Under the pieces are notes generated by a model, which saw only the letters and a list, made by a program, of their open reading frames with translations, ran no database searches and had not been told where the DNA came from. Shown in pieces: positions 63,114 through 64,000 of a stretch of DNA of 64,000 bases. The position numbers were made by a program, and so were the translations under genes. This stretch comes from Hemiscyllium ocellatum (lineage: Eukaryota): NCBI RefSeq assembly GCF_020745735.1, contig NC_083404.1:94797731-94861730 (forward strand). Reading direction: 5' to 3'. The stretch's first letter is position 1. Each line of letters begins with the position of its first letter.

Positions 63114-63589
63114 TCTTTAACTTTTTTAGTTGGCTGAAATAAATCAGAACCCGAAGTAAATTTTTTTCTATTTTTGAGAGCTTTGAATTTTGAAAAATGC
63201 TGCAAAAGTGATACAATTATAAGGATAGAAGTAAAGATTTTAACGACATAGCGATTATTTCTTAAGTTCATTGATTTTCCCCAAAAGTTGTCAGTTCAAA
63301 GTTGGCTGTGAGCACAGATTGATCAATCAGGCTGCTTAAATATATAAATTTAGTTTGAGCAGTCATCTGATATTGCTTGTTGAAAATTTATACGTAAATA
63401 ACTTTTATAGCAGAGAATTTTATCTAACATTCATTATAAAGTGGACCTTCTTGATTGGATATTGTAGGGATGCCTGAGTACATAAATGGATTTTGAATTA
63501 TTTGATTAAATTTGATTGCCTTATTTTGATGTCGATATTGTAAATCCCCTGCTTGACTACAGTCATCTAGATCGAAGCAGAGCCTCCCC

Positions 63590-64000
63590 TTTCATATGCC
63601 TTTTTAACTCCTTAGATTCTGGAAAAGTCTGAGGATTAGAAAATTGCCAATGTAATGCTTTTGTTAAAAAAAAGAAGGAGATTTAAAAAAAAAAACACGT
63701 AGCTATGGGTCAGTTCGCTTATTGTCTGTTATCACAAATGTATGAAGATTGTAATGGAGCATTGAGAAATGCATATGATTAAACAGACTCAAATTGGGCA
63801 GAGGTCATACCTGACAAATTTACTAGGTTTTTTTGGGAGAGTTGACCAGCAGGATAGATAAAGGGAAATTTTCAGAAGGTATCTGATAGGGTGCCATACA
63901 TTCGGCTACTTAAGATAAGAGCCCACAGTGGAGATAACATATTGGATAGATGATTGTCAACTAATAGAAGACAGAGTTGGGATAAAGAGAGCATTTTCAG
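63590..64000 (+). mobile_element. CR1 RT fragment running off the window
   Basis: LDSGKV.GLEIANVMLL-like start, followed by degenerate early-RT sequence. Confidence 0.7.

Overview
This is vertebrate genomic DNA, almost certainly from a cartilaginous fish (shark). The evidence is HE1-type V-SINEs with (AATCT)n tails, a Deu-domain SINE and dense CR1 and Penelope-like retroelements. One CpG island (~4.95-5.72 kb) looks like the promoter and 5' exons of a + strand gene I cannot name. It has a probable non-coding exon ending at 5355, a 125-nt intron and a coding exon 5481-5632 carrying a pure (GAG)17 poly-Glu tract. The remaining ~58 kb looks like one very long intron filled with nested, degraded transposons: CR1 LINEs (one near full length), Rex1/Babar, a second old LINE family, several SINE families, two solo LTRs, Tigger-like MITEs and many Penelope-like elements (PLEs). 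Nearly all ORFs in the supplied track are TE remnants or chance ORFs. The most striking structures are (i) short fold-back PLE derivatives from three families, flanked by target-site duplications (TSDs), in which minimal type I hammerhead ribozyme motifs lie on opposite strands, several with intact cores; (ii) an array of four diverged tRNA-derived units separated by a conserved TAATTCCAGATCT motif; (iii) an HE1 SINE with a twin-priming-like 5' inversion; and (iv) minus-strand splice signals suggesting a divergent spliced non-coding transcript. Everything was read by eye with no database search, and TE boundaries are approximate unless a TSD is quoted.
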